This document shows, piece after piece, positions 42,354 to 54,830 of a stretch of 64,000 bases of DNA (position 1 is the first letter of the stretch; every line of letters starts with the position of its first letter). The notes beneath the pieces were generated by a model. The model was not told the DNA's origin. It saw nothing but the letters and a program-made list of their open reading frames with translations, and ran no database searches. Source of the DNA: Octopus vulgaris (Eukaryota); NCBI GenBank assembly GCA_951406725.2, contig OX597819.1, forward strand, positions 61,814,001 through 61,878,000, read 5' to 3'. Both the position numbers and the translations under genes were made by a program.

Positions 42354-42927
42354 GTAAATCAATCTAAAAGAGTTCTCTGCCAGTTATCACTGTTGAGCTG
42401 ATAACAATAAACTCCGTTTTGTCACCCTCACGTTGTCCAACTTGTTGCCACCCATCTATATTTGTTGTCTGACCAGTGCTTTACTTATGCTGCTCACACA
42501 AACACTATCTAACTGAGCAAGTTTTGGCAGTTTATAGAATTAAAAAAATGATAATTAAGAGAAATAAAAAGATATTTATTTTCTCTATACTTTTTTAACT
42601 TCTATCATTCTTCTTTCTCAGATTTTTATCTCAGTCTGACATATCACTGGCAAGAAACGCCAGAAGTGAAATGAAATTTCACTTGTTTTGTTGTTTACTT
42701 ACACATATAGAGAAAATAATATATCAAGTTTTCCTTGAAGAAGAAAAAAAAACTGCCAGAACTTGCTTCTTTTGGTGACGGTGCTAAATCCTTACTACCT
42801 GACACTCTCTTTTTTTATTTCTTCTCTATCTGTTTAATATCTGGTGTCTGTCTGTTCAGGAATGCTAACTCTCCGTTGAGCAACTCATCAAAATGCATGT
42901 ATTGTATGTTTCTTTGTCTTTCTACAG

Positions 42928-43006
42928 CTTTAAAGATGGTTTGGCCTTCTGTGCACTGATTCATCGGCACCGGCCAGATTTAATTGATTACCACAAACTG
43001 TCCAAG
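42928..43006 (+). CDS. Actn: alpha-actinin CH2 exon, variant B of a mutually exclusive pair (79 nt, phase 2 to 0)
   Basis: tttctacAG acceptor, GTgagt donor. (S)[26 protein letters not shown]; same length and phase as variant A. Confidence 0.96.
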
Positions 43007-46000
43007 GTGAGTGTAGTGTAGAGTAGCAGTTAGCGACAACCGAAATTGTTTTCTTTTCTATCATTTTTATTTTTTTAGTTTACTATAGAAACTATATCAG
43101 GTTACTGTAGTATAGGGCTGTTTTTCTTTCCTTAATATCAGTTGCTGTTTCTTTTTATAAAAAAGAAGTGATGCAAAAATATCTGCGGCAATTAAAGTGT
43201 GTATCCTATTTTACAATAAGCTAGTCAAACGAAATTCAGTTATTATTATAATAATGATAATAATTAAAGGCTGAGCAATGACTTTGGGGCTGTCTTGCCA
43301 ACACTGCTTTCAGTAATAATCTGCTCAAGGCAACCTGTATTATAATTTTATTAAAATTTCAGCTGAAATCTGGTTATTGCAAGAATGTTAACAAAAGATT
43401 TCAGGAATCAAGCATTTTCCTCATAGTTTGATTTTCATGTAAAAGCTCTTTGTGTTCCTAGGCCACTGAGAGAGCCTTGATATGGCTGTTTTACTTTCTA
43501 GAAATAGCAGCCTAACTTCTACCATCTTATAAAGAACACATTGGACATTGTTGTCCAGAGTACACTATTCTTTAAGAAATGTATCAATAGTATGCTTTTG
43601 TTAGCAATATGGTTTATAGAAGTCATAAACTGAGGCTAACATAGTAAGTTCAAGGCCTAGCATCTTAAAGATTAGGTGATAAAGACTAGAGTTTTTATTA
43701 CCTAATTGAAATCATCATTTATTGTTCCTATGTAATTGGTGTAACTGCTCTTACACTTTCTAAGTTATTCATTCTACTCTGGACTTTATTAGCAGTTTTA
43801 AAGAATATAATCTACTATAGCCTATCCTCCAGTTTTGTTTTAATAGCAGTTTAGCTTTTAGTATGCTTTGAAGAAGCCAATGTCAGAAGACTTTAGAAAC
43901 TACAGAGACATGAAATAAATTGCTTTTTAATGGTAGAATCTGAAGTAGATAAAGCTATAAATAAAAGCATGTAGATCGCTGGGTTAAAAAGAGGAGTCTG
44001 AATCCCACAGGCAGTTTTTGACTTTGCCATCTGAGGGTTTTTTTTTATTTTTAGACCAATATTTACATGCTTTTATTTATTCTTACATTATATATATATA
44101 TAGCAACAGAAATGGTATTAATGCTAAAAGGTAATCTTAATCTCCAACTGAATGGTGGGGTGTTAGTATACAGAATACTGTGCTATTTACCTGGAGAGAA
44201 TCTCTAAGAACTAGTTGTGCATTAAAGCACTTATAATTGTATCATTGACAGAAGAGAGCCGTCTGCTGTGGCTCCAATCATGGGATTTCACCCTGCCGTG
44301 GGTTCTTCAGTGACAGATGTCCTGCAGTGGCCTAACATCCAAATTTCCCATCAACGATATACAGAATAACAGTGCTATACACATACACACTATTTCTTCA
44401 GATAGTTACAAGTGTATTTTGATGTCAGTTTATAAAAACCGTGTTCTTTATAACATAAGAACGCTGAAGCAGCTTACCTGAAATAATCTTCAGTCTTGTC
44501 TTTTCTGTTTTAAAGCAGACAGTAAATTCATCATACTTTTGCCCCCAGTTGTCATACTGTGTTTAAAAGTCAGCTTACAAATCTCTCACATTGCTGCTGA
44601 ATATATTTGAAATCTCTTCTCAATGGAAATTTTATTATCAGCCAAATAGTCCTTCTTAAAATGTTCTTTCCATCATTTCTCTTGGCCTTGAGTAGGGAAA
44701 TGCTAACTAACATGTTCTATGTCACATTAGTCAACAAAATATTAATTGCTAAAACGACATTTACTTAGTCTTTGCAGTCGAATTTTAATCTTCAACATAC
44801 TGTTGAAGAATACGGGAAAACTAGTTCGTTATAATTAACGTATGTGACTGCTGCTATAATGTTAGCTACATTCTAAAGTAGCTTTACTGATATATGGGCA
44901 AATTTATTCATTAGTATCATCTATGACTATCTTTAATGTAGTACACTACTGGTACACTGTGGTACACCATTGACCTACTTCTTTTGTTCGAGCATCGTTT
45001 TCCCAAGATTAATTAACTATGATTTCTTATTCTGTAAAGACTTTATCTGTTTTACTTCTGTCTTTCCATGTTAGCATGGGTCGATTGGAGACTTATACTT
45101 CAGTTTTATAATCATTTGACAGAAGTCTTAGACATGGTATTTAGTCGCTATTTCACTGTTTGGTAAATTTTCAACATAGTGTTTAGGCTTGAAGTGCTCT
45201 CAGTTTCCTTTCACTTAATTTAACGTCATTTAGCAGAAGTCTTCAGTACCTCAGTTCGGGAAACTGGAATCAAATTTTTTATTTGATGGAAAGTAAAAAG
45301 TGCCACATGAAAATACGACACAGTACTTCAGTTAATTTTCATGTCTGATGTGCACAACATACTACATAGATATCTATTACATCTTGATCTCCAACTGAAT
45401 GTGGGTGGAGGGTGTTAGTATACAGAATACTGTATTATTTATCTTACTTTAGGTTTTAGTTCTAGTCTCATAGTCATCATCCTGGACGATGTACACTTTC
45501 AAGAATCACTACTGTAAAATTCACATCTTCAGAGAATCTCTAGAATAATTGGATTTCTTCAGAATAAAATAACAGTAATAAAGTTGTCACAAGTTTAACT
45601 AATCAAATTGAAGTTTTGTTCATAGGACATCAGACTTAGTTATCAAGAATGCTGCCTTAAAGGTAATAATGTACCTTAACAAGGTGTATAATTCTTAAGT
45701 GTGTATGCTGTGACCTGTTAATGGAAGGTAACAAACTCTTCACAACAAAATACATCCACTATTACTGCATGTCATATAACTAGCTTCCGTGAAAAATCTT
45801 TCTTGCTGGTGGCCTTACATGACTTTACATAATTCACTTGTATATTTATTGAACACTTATTGCTGTTGCTGTTTTTATTGTTGCTTGAATTTTCTAACTT
45901 TTGTTAAAAATATCAAGTTTATGTACGTTTACAAGCCATACATGTCAGAATTAAGTTGTTAAATATTTAGCTTAATTTAGTGTTATTACTATTAGATTGG

Positions 46001-46254
46001 TTTTATTTTGGAGTATATGGGAGAAACAAATAATTGCTCATTTAGGACCCAAATATTTCCATTATAATTTTGATTTATCCCTCTGCAAAAAAAAAAAAAA
46101 AATTACATTCATTTTATTTCCTGTCTCTAGACCTGTTTACAATTGCCTTCTCCTCTTCCATTCAATATACTGTATTTCCTCTTTAATGATGTTTGGTACC
46201 TGCAGAACAAATAAGAATTTCATCTTTGACTTATAACAGAAGTGTTGCCCTATA

Positions 46255-46362
46255 CAAGCATGGGCAACTTTTCATGAGAATTGAGCCACATGAAACGTGG
46301 CTTGATCTCTTGTTAGTTGTGTCATTCAGGAGGTCCCATGGGTTTCTGGTTGCCCATGACTG
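46255..46362. mobile_element. small hAT-like MITE
   Basis: Ends CAAGCATGGGCAAC and GTTGCCCATGACTG; no target-site duplication retained. Confidence 0.6.
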
Positions 46363-47127
46363 ATATATGGCATAAGATTTTTTTCTTCTTTTTTTAATGA
46401 AAATTAGTCAGCATTTAGTGCAGTTAATTGCTACTTCATATTAATAGTCTCCTCCTACATGTCTTATTACTTGGAAAGGACTGGAGGTGGTGGGGGGTCT
46501 TCTAAATACTTATGCCCAGTAACAACCTACCTGTGTCAAAACAACTTATACCTGTTCTGTCTCCCTGCAACATAAGATCATTTATAGTTTAACCTCACCA
46601 ACCAATGTGACATTTACACTTTAGAATTTTAATACTCTCTGCAAGGATTATAGCAACCAAACAGTCTAGGATTAAAGAGAGGAAGAGGAACAAAACAAAA
46701 ATCCCCACAAGTATCCAGCTGATTTTCATTTAACACATACTTAATCCCTTCTCTCACTATTCTTCTTGTCATCTTTTGCTTGGTTTGGGTTGTTAGCTAA
46801 AACTTTATTTTTACAATAGGTGTAGTTGACAGCTGTGTTTTCAGTAGCCCTTAGCTTAACTTTTAAAATTTTTTTTTTCCTTATTATTATTATTATTTTA
46901 TTTTATTTATTTAGTTAGTTATTTCTTAGTTTCTAAGCATTGTAAATTGTATCTGAATGCATTGCTCCCCACTCTCTACATCCACATAGTAATAATCTTT
47001 GCTATCATCTGCTGTTCTGCTGCGACAAATACACCGCTGAGGATGATCCGGTGGCGTGTTACCATTTTTCTACTAGGAGTGAATGATTGCATTTTAATGA
47101 TGTAATCAGACGCTTGATAGATCTGTT

Positions 47128-47415
47128 ATTCTTCTACTTGTTCCAATCATTGGAAACAAGTAAAAATGGCCATGCTGGAGCACTGCCTTGAAAAGTTTAG
47201 TCAAACAAATTGACTCTGGTACCTTTTCGGGCAATCTCTTTGATATGTGATGGGGATGTAAACGAACCAGCACTGGTTGTCAAACAGTGGGGAGCACAAA
47301 TACAAAGACCCACATACACATATACGGTGGGCTTCCACATAGTTTTCATCTGTCAAAGTCACTCTTGGGGTACTGGTCAACCTGGAGCTATAATAGAAGA
47401 CACTTGCCCACGTGG
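47128..47415 (-). mobile_element. SINE family A, 5'-truncated
   Basis: GGCCATGCTGGAGCACTGCC...ATAATAGAAGACACTTGCCCA is the reverse complement of family A. Confidence 0.8.
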
Positions 47416-48329
47416 TTAAACGAGCTTTTCTTAAATATATGAATGAGCCAGGACAGTAGAGAGTCAAGAGGACACTTAGTTTTGTCAAGGACAACAGCTT
47501 CTCTAGAGCTGATTCCTTGTTAAAAGGTGTCCACTATATTTTGTCAAGTGATTTGTTAGGGTTAGAGAAGTTATCAATCATAGAAACCAATCCAAAATTG
47601 GAGTGTATGAGTTAGACATAGTCCTCCAAGTAGTAACTATGATTAAGGCAATGTGTTCAACCCGTGCTGGATGAGCCATCATGAGCAAATCAGTTCTTAT
47701 TCAGGTCTACTGTCCACCTTGAGTCAGGGATCATGACTCTCTCACATGTTCTATTTTTAACTTGTCTTCTTCTGCTGGATGCTTTTTCTGTTGCCAATGG
47801 CTACATTTCATAATTGCCCCAGCACTAGAAAGTTACCTCATTTCTGGCAGATAGAAGAGAGAATAGTGAAAAGGGATTAGAGCAAAAGAGAGAGAGGGAG
47901 AGAGAAAGATGATGAGGAGAATAGTCAAAGAGAACTAGTATACTAGGAGTGGGAGGGTGATAAACAGAAGAGTATAAGCAAGAGAAAGCTACAGGCAGCT
48001 ACACAATGATTATTGGTAAGGAGGTTCAATAGGGAAGCATGATGGTGGAAGAAACAGTGAGAGGATGGCGGGGGATGATGAAAGCAGAAATACTGGAGGT
48101 GGGGAATGGGAATGAGAGTGATGGATGTTGATAAGTGACAAGAAAGGAGTGTGTGTGTGATTATACATTGACTCTCTCATTTGTCACTCATATATAATGT
48201 ATATTTATATTTGGGTTTGTGTGTGTGTGTGTATCAAATTTGAATCCTGTTTCGATCCATATTCATATATGTATATATATATATCTATATAATTAAGGTG
48301 ACTATCAGCAATTTAAAACCAAGGAAATG

Positions 48330-48486
48330 ATTCACCATCACTAGGAGCACCAGCATTGCTAGAAATAGGAGTCATAGACTCCTTAGCATAGAGATCATGT
48401 GCTTTTTGTGGCTAAGGATTCTACAACTCCTATTTTTAGCAATGCTGGTGCTCACTGCACCCTTGTCACTCTTAGTGATGTTGAAT
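48330..48486. repeat. fold-back hairpin of about 155 nt
   Basis: 48345-48387 pairs with 48411-48453 (39 of 43 Watson-Crick); outer stem 48330-48344 pairs with 48471-48486. Confidence 0.92.
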
Positions 48487-51400
48487 TATAAATGTATACT
48501 GGTAAAAGAGAATAAAACGGCTTATACAGCCATCTTTGAACACCCAGGTATAATTAATCGAGCTGAAATTCTCAACACCTACAAATGACGATGATGATGT
48601 ATGTTCTGTTCAAGTCTCAATCAATTGTCAGTCGTTGCATGTTGCCTTCTCCTCAACCAAGCCTGTAGTGTAGTTTTGTGTTTGCAATTTTCTCTCTAAA
48701 TGTCCTTGCTGTTGTCTCTCTAACCATTCAGTATTGTTACTAAACTCAACTAACTTGTTTGTTGTTACTCACTCCATTAATGCTTGTTTCTTTGATACTA
48801 TTAAAAACTGTTTCTTTTTTTTTTTATATATATTTCTTTCCTTTCCTTTAGTCATTTATTTATTCTTTCTTCCTTTTCTTTTATTTCACCAATCTGTTTC
48901 TCCTTGATGTAAATATGTTGATGTTACTCTCTTTCTAAGGCAAGACATTTGTTTTGATTTCAACTAAGTAATTACGAAAAACAATGCATACTCCCCGTTT
49001 CATTAAGTTTGAGTTAGAAGTTGACAATGATGCAAGTAACAATTTCAATTCATCAAACTTTAGTGTTTGCACTTCGACAAGAACAAAAAGAAAAAAAAAA
49101 GCAAATCATGAGGTTTTGTTTGGTCATGGCACTTGACTCCTCTTATACACAATGTTTTAAACCAGGGGTGGGGAAACCCCTGCCCACGGGCGCAACTGTG
49201 CTTGCGAGCCTGTTTTATTGTGCTCACAGGCTGATATACTCGTATGTACAAAATATAGTAAATTTTTCTATTCAAATTTACTCAATATTTGTATACTTAT
49301 TTGAGACATAGGTCGTGTTTCCAATACGACTTTAAATGGTCAGGAATCGTCTGGTAACTGCCATTTGAATGGAAATTTTGTTTACACTTTAAAACATATT
49401 ACTAGGTTTATACCACCCTCTTGAGACCCAACTACACTTTAGCTGAAAAATATACAATACCTCATAAGTAATATAAACGTCCTAAACTCAATGGCAACTT
49501 TAATGAAGATGTTACACATTAATTTAATGTGTTAAACTTATCTTTATTAATGTGTATCAAATTATACATAGATATATACAGGATTTACACAGATATAAGT
49601 GTTAGAACTTGTGATCCACCTGTGGACCTTTTTCTTAGGAAATTTTTGCCTGCTGCAAATTCATTTTAAAAATAATGAAGAATGGAGAAAATTACTTCAT
49701 CATTATTAACCTGAATTTTGGAAAATAATTTTATATGAAATTTTGATAGGAAGTTTTTGTTTAGATCCCTTTAAAACAGGAAATCTGTACCATAAAAATA
49801 AGGGCAGTTACAGTCAGTTTGGTATCAAAAGGGTGAAATGAAGAACCAAAGTTAAGTAATAGCTTATTGCCCAGGACATTGTAGAAAGATTATTTGATGT
49901 AAGTGATAGATTCTTTGATGTAATGCTTATGTATTCATGAAACAATCTGAATAAATAAGCATTACATTTGACAGAATAATCTTAATGCTGAAGGGTTAGT
50001 ATGAAGGAAATGGCTTTTAGGCAGTCATTTATTTTACACTATTCTCCTCTCTTCAGCCAGTTTGGTAAAAAAGAATTCAGTTTTTTTACTGGGATTTACT
50101 GAAACTCCTGTCTTTCTGTATTCTGTTTCCTATCTCTAGATTTCTGGGAAAATAGAGTCTGGTTATTTAATTTACTCCTGTTAACAAATTTGAAGTTTTT
50201 GCTTCTATTTTAAAATAGCTTCCAAATAAATTACTTTACCAGATGTTAAAGAATGGAAAATGTGTGTAGGGGAAGAAGGAGATACGACTGTTTGAAGATT
50301 TATGAAAACTTCTGTTGCAAAGTTCTATCAAAAGAAGGAGTGGCAATTCAATTCAGCCATCTGAAATTGAGAAGCTCATTATAAGAAATTTAAGTTTATT
50401 GGTTATTATTGAATAAACCTTATTCTGTCAGGTTTCCAGCTGGGAAAACAACTTCATCGCTGATGTCCCTTAAATTAGAAATGCTATTTAACTTGGTTAT
50501 TGTCATTTACATCATCATCATAAAACCTTTACAAAACTACCATTTTGATGTAGAAACGCAGTAAAAGAAATGAGAAGGTTTCTAATACGTTGTCCTCCTT
50601 GTCTAATTATATACAGTTTGGTATAAATAGAGACAGAGACCTAACACACATGGAATAGTCACAGCCTGTAAACTTACCTGAACAACACAGTTTGACTAGT
50701 TCCAACCTGCCTGATTTAAAATTGGTCTGAATGATCAATACATACTAGATGACCGAGTTTTAAGGTGTTCAGCTAACCAGCTAAACAATAGGTGGTTCGT
50801 ATTCCATCATCATTGATGGTCTAGGACATTATTGTCCTCCTCTTAACTCTTTTCTTGTCCATTTTTCCATGGAGTTATTGAAGCAGGTTTTCAACAACTG
50901 GATGCACCTCCTGTCACCAACCCTCACCTGTATCTCAGTAAAGTGATATTTCCCATTTTTCCGACAGGTTTTCCCAGAATGACATTAAGTCTCCTCATCT
51001 TGACATCACATCAAGTGTCCCCATATACAAGTAGTATCATTCATTTCCAATGTTCTGTGAAAACATATCTGGCCCTGGGGAAATATTAACATGCTTGGAA
51101 ACAGGTGAAGGGTAGAGACAGAAAGGACATCTGACCCGTGCAAACATGGAAAAATGGATGTTAAAACCATCATTGATGGGTTAATAGATCACCATGTTAC
51201 AGATGGTTTTGATCAAAACTAATTAGGGACAGACAATAACAACAATCTGGTACCCTTATCAACAGCAATACAAAACTGATAACGAATATTCCCAGTAGAA
51301 GAAACTTACCCATGATACAATACAAACTGATAGTCTAGTTATATCATTGCCATAAACTTGGCTTTCATCTCTATACTGAATAATATTAGTTTTATTAGAA

Positions 51401-51657
51401 GTTATAGGAATTCAAATCAAAGGAATAATGCTTTCATTCATCCTTGTTGAGTAGAAAGATAGATCTCCTATCGACACAGAATGTTTGTGAGTGTATTTGC
51501 CAATGTGAAGAATATACATATATGTATGTGCATATATATCATATATATGTATGTATATATGTGTATATATATCTATGTATATATGTGTATATATATGTAT
51601 GTATATATATATATATATATGTGTATATATGTGTGTGTGTGTATATATATATATATA

Positions 51658-51800
51658 TGGCGTTAGGAAGGGCATCCAGCCGTAGAAACTCTGCCAGATC
51701 AGACTGGAGCGTGGAGCGGCCCCTGGCTTCCCAAACCCCGGTCGAACCGTCCAACCCGTGCTAGCGCGGAAAACGGACGTTAAACGATGATGATGATGAT
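51658..51800 (+). mobile_element. young 3' fragment of a (GAT)n-tailed retroelement family
   Basis: TGGCGTTAGGAAGGGCATCCAGCCGTAGAAAC...GGACGTTAAACGATGATG, CpG-rich; older copies near 17240, 20060, 58280 and 63430. Confidence 0.85.
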
Positions 51801-51896
51801 ATATATATATATATGTATATGTAGGTCCCGGGTTGGCTTCCTGATGATTTCTTTTGAATGAAACAGTTCTAGTCCTGTAGAAGCTCCTTCTATAAA

Positions 51897-51933
51897 ATAT
51901 ATATATAGAGATGTATATATATATGTATGTATG

Positions 51934-51964
<31 letters not shown>

Positions 51965-52023
51965 ATATGTGTATATATATATATATGTGTATATATATAT
52001 ATATGTATGTATATATATATATG

Positions 52024-52067
<44 letters not shown>

Positions 52068-52232
52068 GTATATATATATATATGTATGTATATATATATA
52101 TATATGTATGTATATATATATATGTATGTATATATATATATATATGTATGTATATATATATATATATATGTATGTATATATATATATGTATGTATATATA
52201 TATATATGTATGTATATATATATATATGTATG

Positions 52233-52267
<35 letters not shown>

Positions 52268-52288
52268 GTATGTATATATATTATGTAT

Positions 52289-52329
<41 letters not shown>

Positions 52330-52350
52330 TATGTATGTATATATATGTAT

Positions 52351-52391
<41 letters not shown>

Positions 52392-52637
52392 TATATGTAT
52401 GTATATATATATATATGTATGTATATATATATATATGTATGTATATATATATATATGTATGTATATATATATATGTATGTATATATATATATATGTATGT
52501 ATATATATATATATGTATGTATGTATGTATATGTATGTATGTATATATATGTATGTATGTATATATATGTATATGTATATATATATGTATATGTATATAT
52601 ATGTATGTATATATATATATGTATATGTATGTATATG

Positions 52638-52668
<31 letters not shown>

Positions 52669-52702
52669 GTATATATTATGTATATATATATATATATGTA
52701 TG

Positions 52703-52734
<32 letters not shown>

Positions 52735-52760
52735 TATATATATGTATTATATATATATAT
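51897..52760. repeat. compound (TA)n/(TATG)n microsatellite, about 860 bp
   Basis: Read directly; source of the three stop-free ORFs of about 300 aa. Confidence 0.99.
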
Positions 52761-54748
52761 TCAATTTGTCACCAGAATACAAAGCCATATGTTGTGTGCT
52801 ACACTGTCTATTATCGTCTATTATAGTGTTAAATCTCCATTATTATACACAATATTTAAATGTATTTTTACAGAAGAGAAAAAAAAATTGTAAACCTCTT
52901 ATCTGTTCATTGATTACATAATTAATGCTGTCCATTTTTAGTAAATGAGGTGCCTATTGTTATTATTCACAATATAGACTACTCTTTCTCTCTTACTTCT
53001 TATGTTTCTCTCTCTCTTGAAATTATTACTTGCAATTAGATCTACTTAACAAGTGTCTTGCCCTTGCATTTGTAATGCTATTGAATTCCATGTTTCATTT
53101 TACACAAAAAAGAAAATAAATAAGACTTGATATGGTAACTCATTTTGTAAAGCTGACTACTTCTAAAGAAACTGCCTTCAAAGTTGTTCTTTGATGAGGT
53201 GCTTATGTTGTTTTATTTTATTTAAGACATCACTTGTTTTTTTCTGATGGTTGCTGCTCTCTGACAAGCAACCATGTTTGGAAGAGATGAAAGTAAACTT
53301 TATGGTAATGAAATAACAGCTCCATCCTTTACCATCGCTGCTGCTATGACTGCAATAACGGTCAGAGAGATGATTCTGGTGAACATTAAATGTAGTAGCA
53401 TCATTGTCTCTTTTATAACATAAAGCATTTATGAAAGAATCCAGATTTGTATCACTGTGTCATTGACATGGAAATTCTAAGTAGCACATTTATAGTTACC
53501 ATATCAAGTATCAACAACACCCTGTATCAGGATTCGTAATTTTGTTTAATATTTTGTTTTGTCTTTTTTTTTTTTTTTTTGCTATTTAAAAATAAATATA
53601 TGCTGTATTTGACTAATAACTGATATTTAGTAGTATATGATTAGTATTAGGAGTTTGTTTGAAAACCTGCCTTTGTTTTTTTATTATTATTACTCTATTT
53701 GTAATGACATTAAGCTTTAGTAGTTATTGTTCCCAAGAAATGCACGTTTACTGCAACATAAATACTCCCTCCTAATGTAGCTGCTATTTGTTCTACCTCA
53801 AAAAACTTGGAAACAATACCTTAGAAAATAAAAAAATATTAAACCACTGCATGGGTAGAAAATGTAGTATTTTATGCTATTCTGAAGGCAACCCACTTAG
53901 TTATCTTTTAAAATCTAACTACTTTTTTCTGTCAATTGGAGTGAGCACCAGTACTCTAGTGTTGGTACTGTTAATATCTCATCATTTTATACCAGAGTGA
54001 ATCGTGTGTCATTCTTATATTAGTTTATCGATTAAATTCTAGAAATTGAGTATTAGATTTTAGGAATGGATGCATTAGCTGTATTCCAGCCTGGCAGATG
54101 GAGACCTGCTATGTAACTTCATGCGTGACATTTTAATATCATCAAAGCAAACTGTCGAATAAAACCATCATTAACTTTGAGATTTGAAAACTACAAGTTT
54201 GCTCTTTACAATTTGAGTAACAAAAACAAACATGGTGGAAGTTAAAGATATAAAAAAAAAAGCAAAAAAAAAAAACAGAAGTTATGTTCCTTTTCTAAAG
54301 ATGAGAGTTGCTGGGGAAAAATTACAAAATATAAATGAGTGATGAAGCTAGGATTCATTTGTCATAATTGTTCATGCAACCTCTTCATTAAGTACAATTA
54401 ATATCGTTACTTTAGGCGTTCAATTGTTTTGAAGGTCTCTTTTTTTTCCTTCCTCGCCTAAACAATAACTCTATAATAAGGTTCATTATATTCCTGCAGT
54501 GGTTCTGTCTTCATCAATGTCACTTAGTTTGAATTAGTTTCTTTTGTTATAATTCCCTCATAAAAATTATTACAAAAAAAAAATTGCAAAAATACTATTT
54601 TACTCATTAGCTTTACTGTTTTCTTTTTCAGTGTAAAAGTTCAGTTTTGTGAAAATTATTGTCTTTTTGTTATCTATTTTCATTTTTGTATTTAATTTTT
54701 AGTTCTTTAACATTCCTCTGAGATTTATTCTTTGATTTTTAAATCTAG

Positions 54749-54830
54749 GACAATCCACTGGAGAATTTGAACACAGCCTTCGATGTTGCTGAGAAATACT
54801 TGGATATCCCCAGGATGTTGGATGCTGAAG
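54749..54830 (+). CDS. Actn: alpha-actinin coding exon, CH2 (82 nt, phase 0 to 1)
   Basis: aaatctAG acceptor, GTaatt donor. [27 protein letters not shown]. Confidence 0.98.

Noticed and set aside
47042-47086. AG followed by GATGATCCGGTG (DDPV), resembling the start of vertebrate exon 7 and suggesting a second copy of the 82-nt exon
   Set aside because: Similarity ends after 4 codons, an in-frame TGA follows, the acceptor is a weak GAG and there is no donor at +82.
51911-52921. Three overlapping ORFs of about 300 aa, rich in Y/I/M/C/V
   Set aside because: They are translations of the (TA)n/(TATG)n microsatellite, which lacks stop codons.
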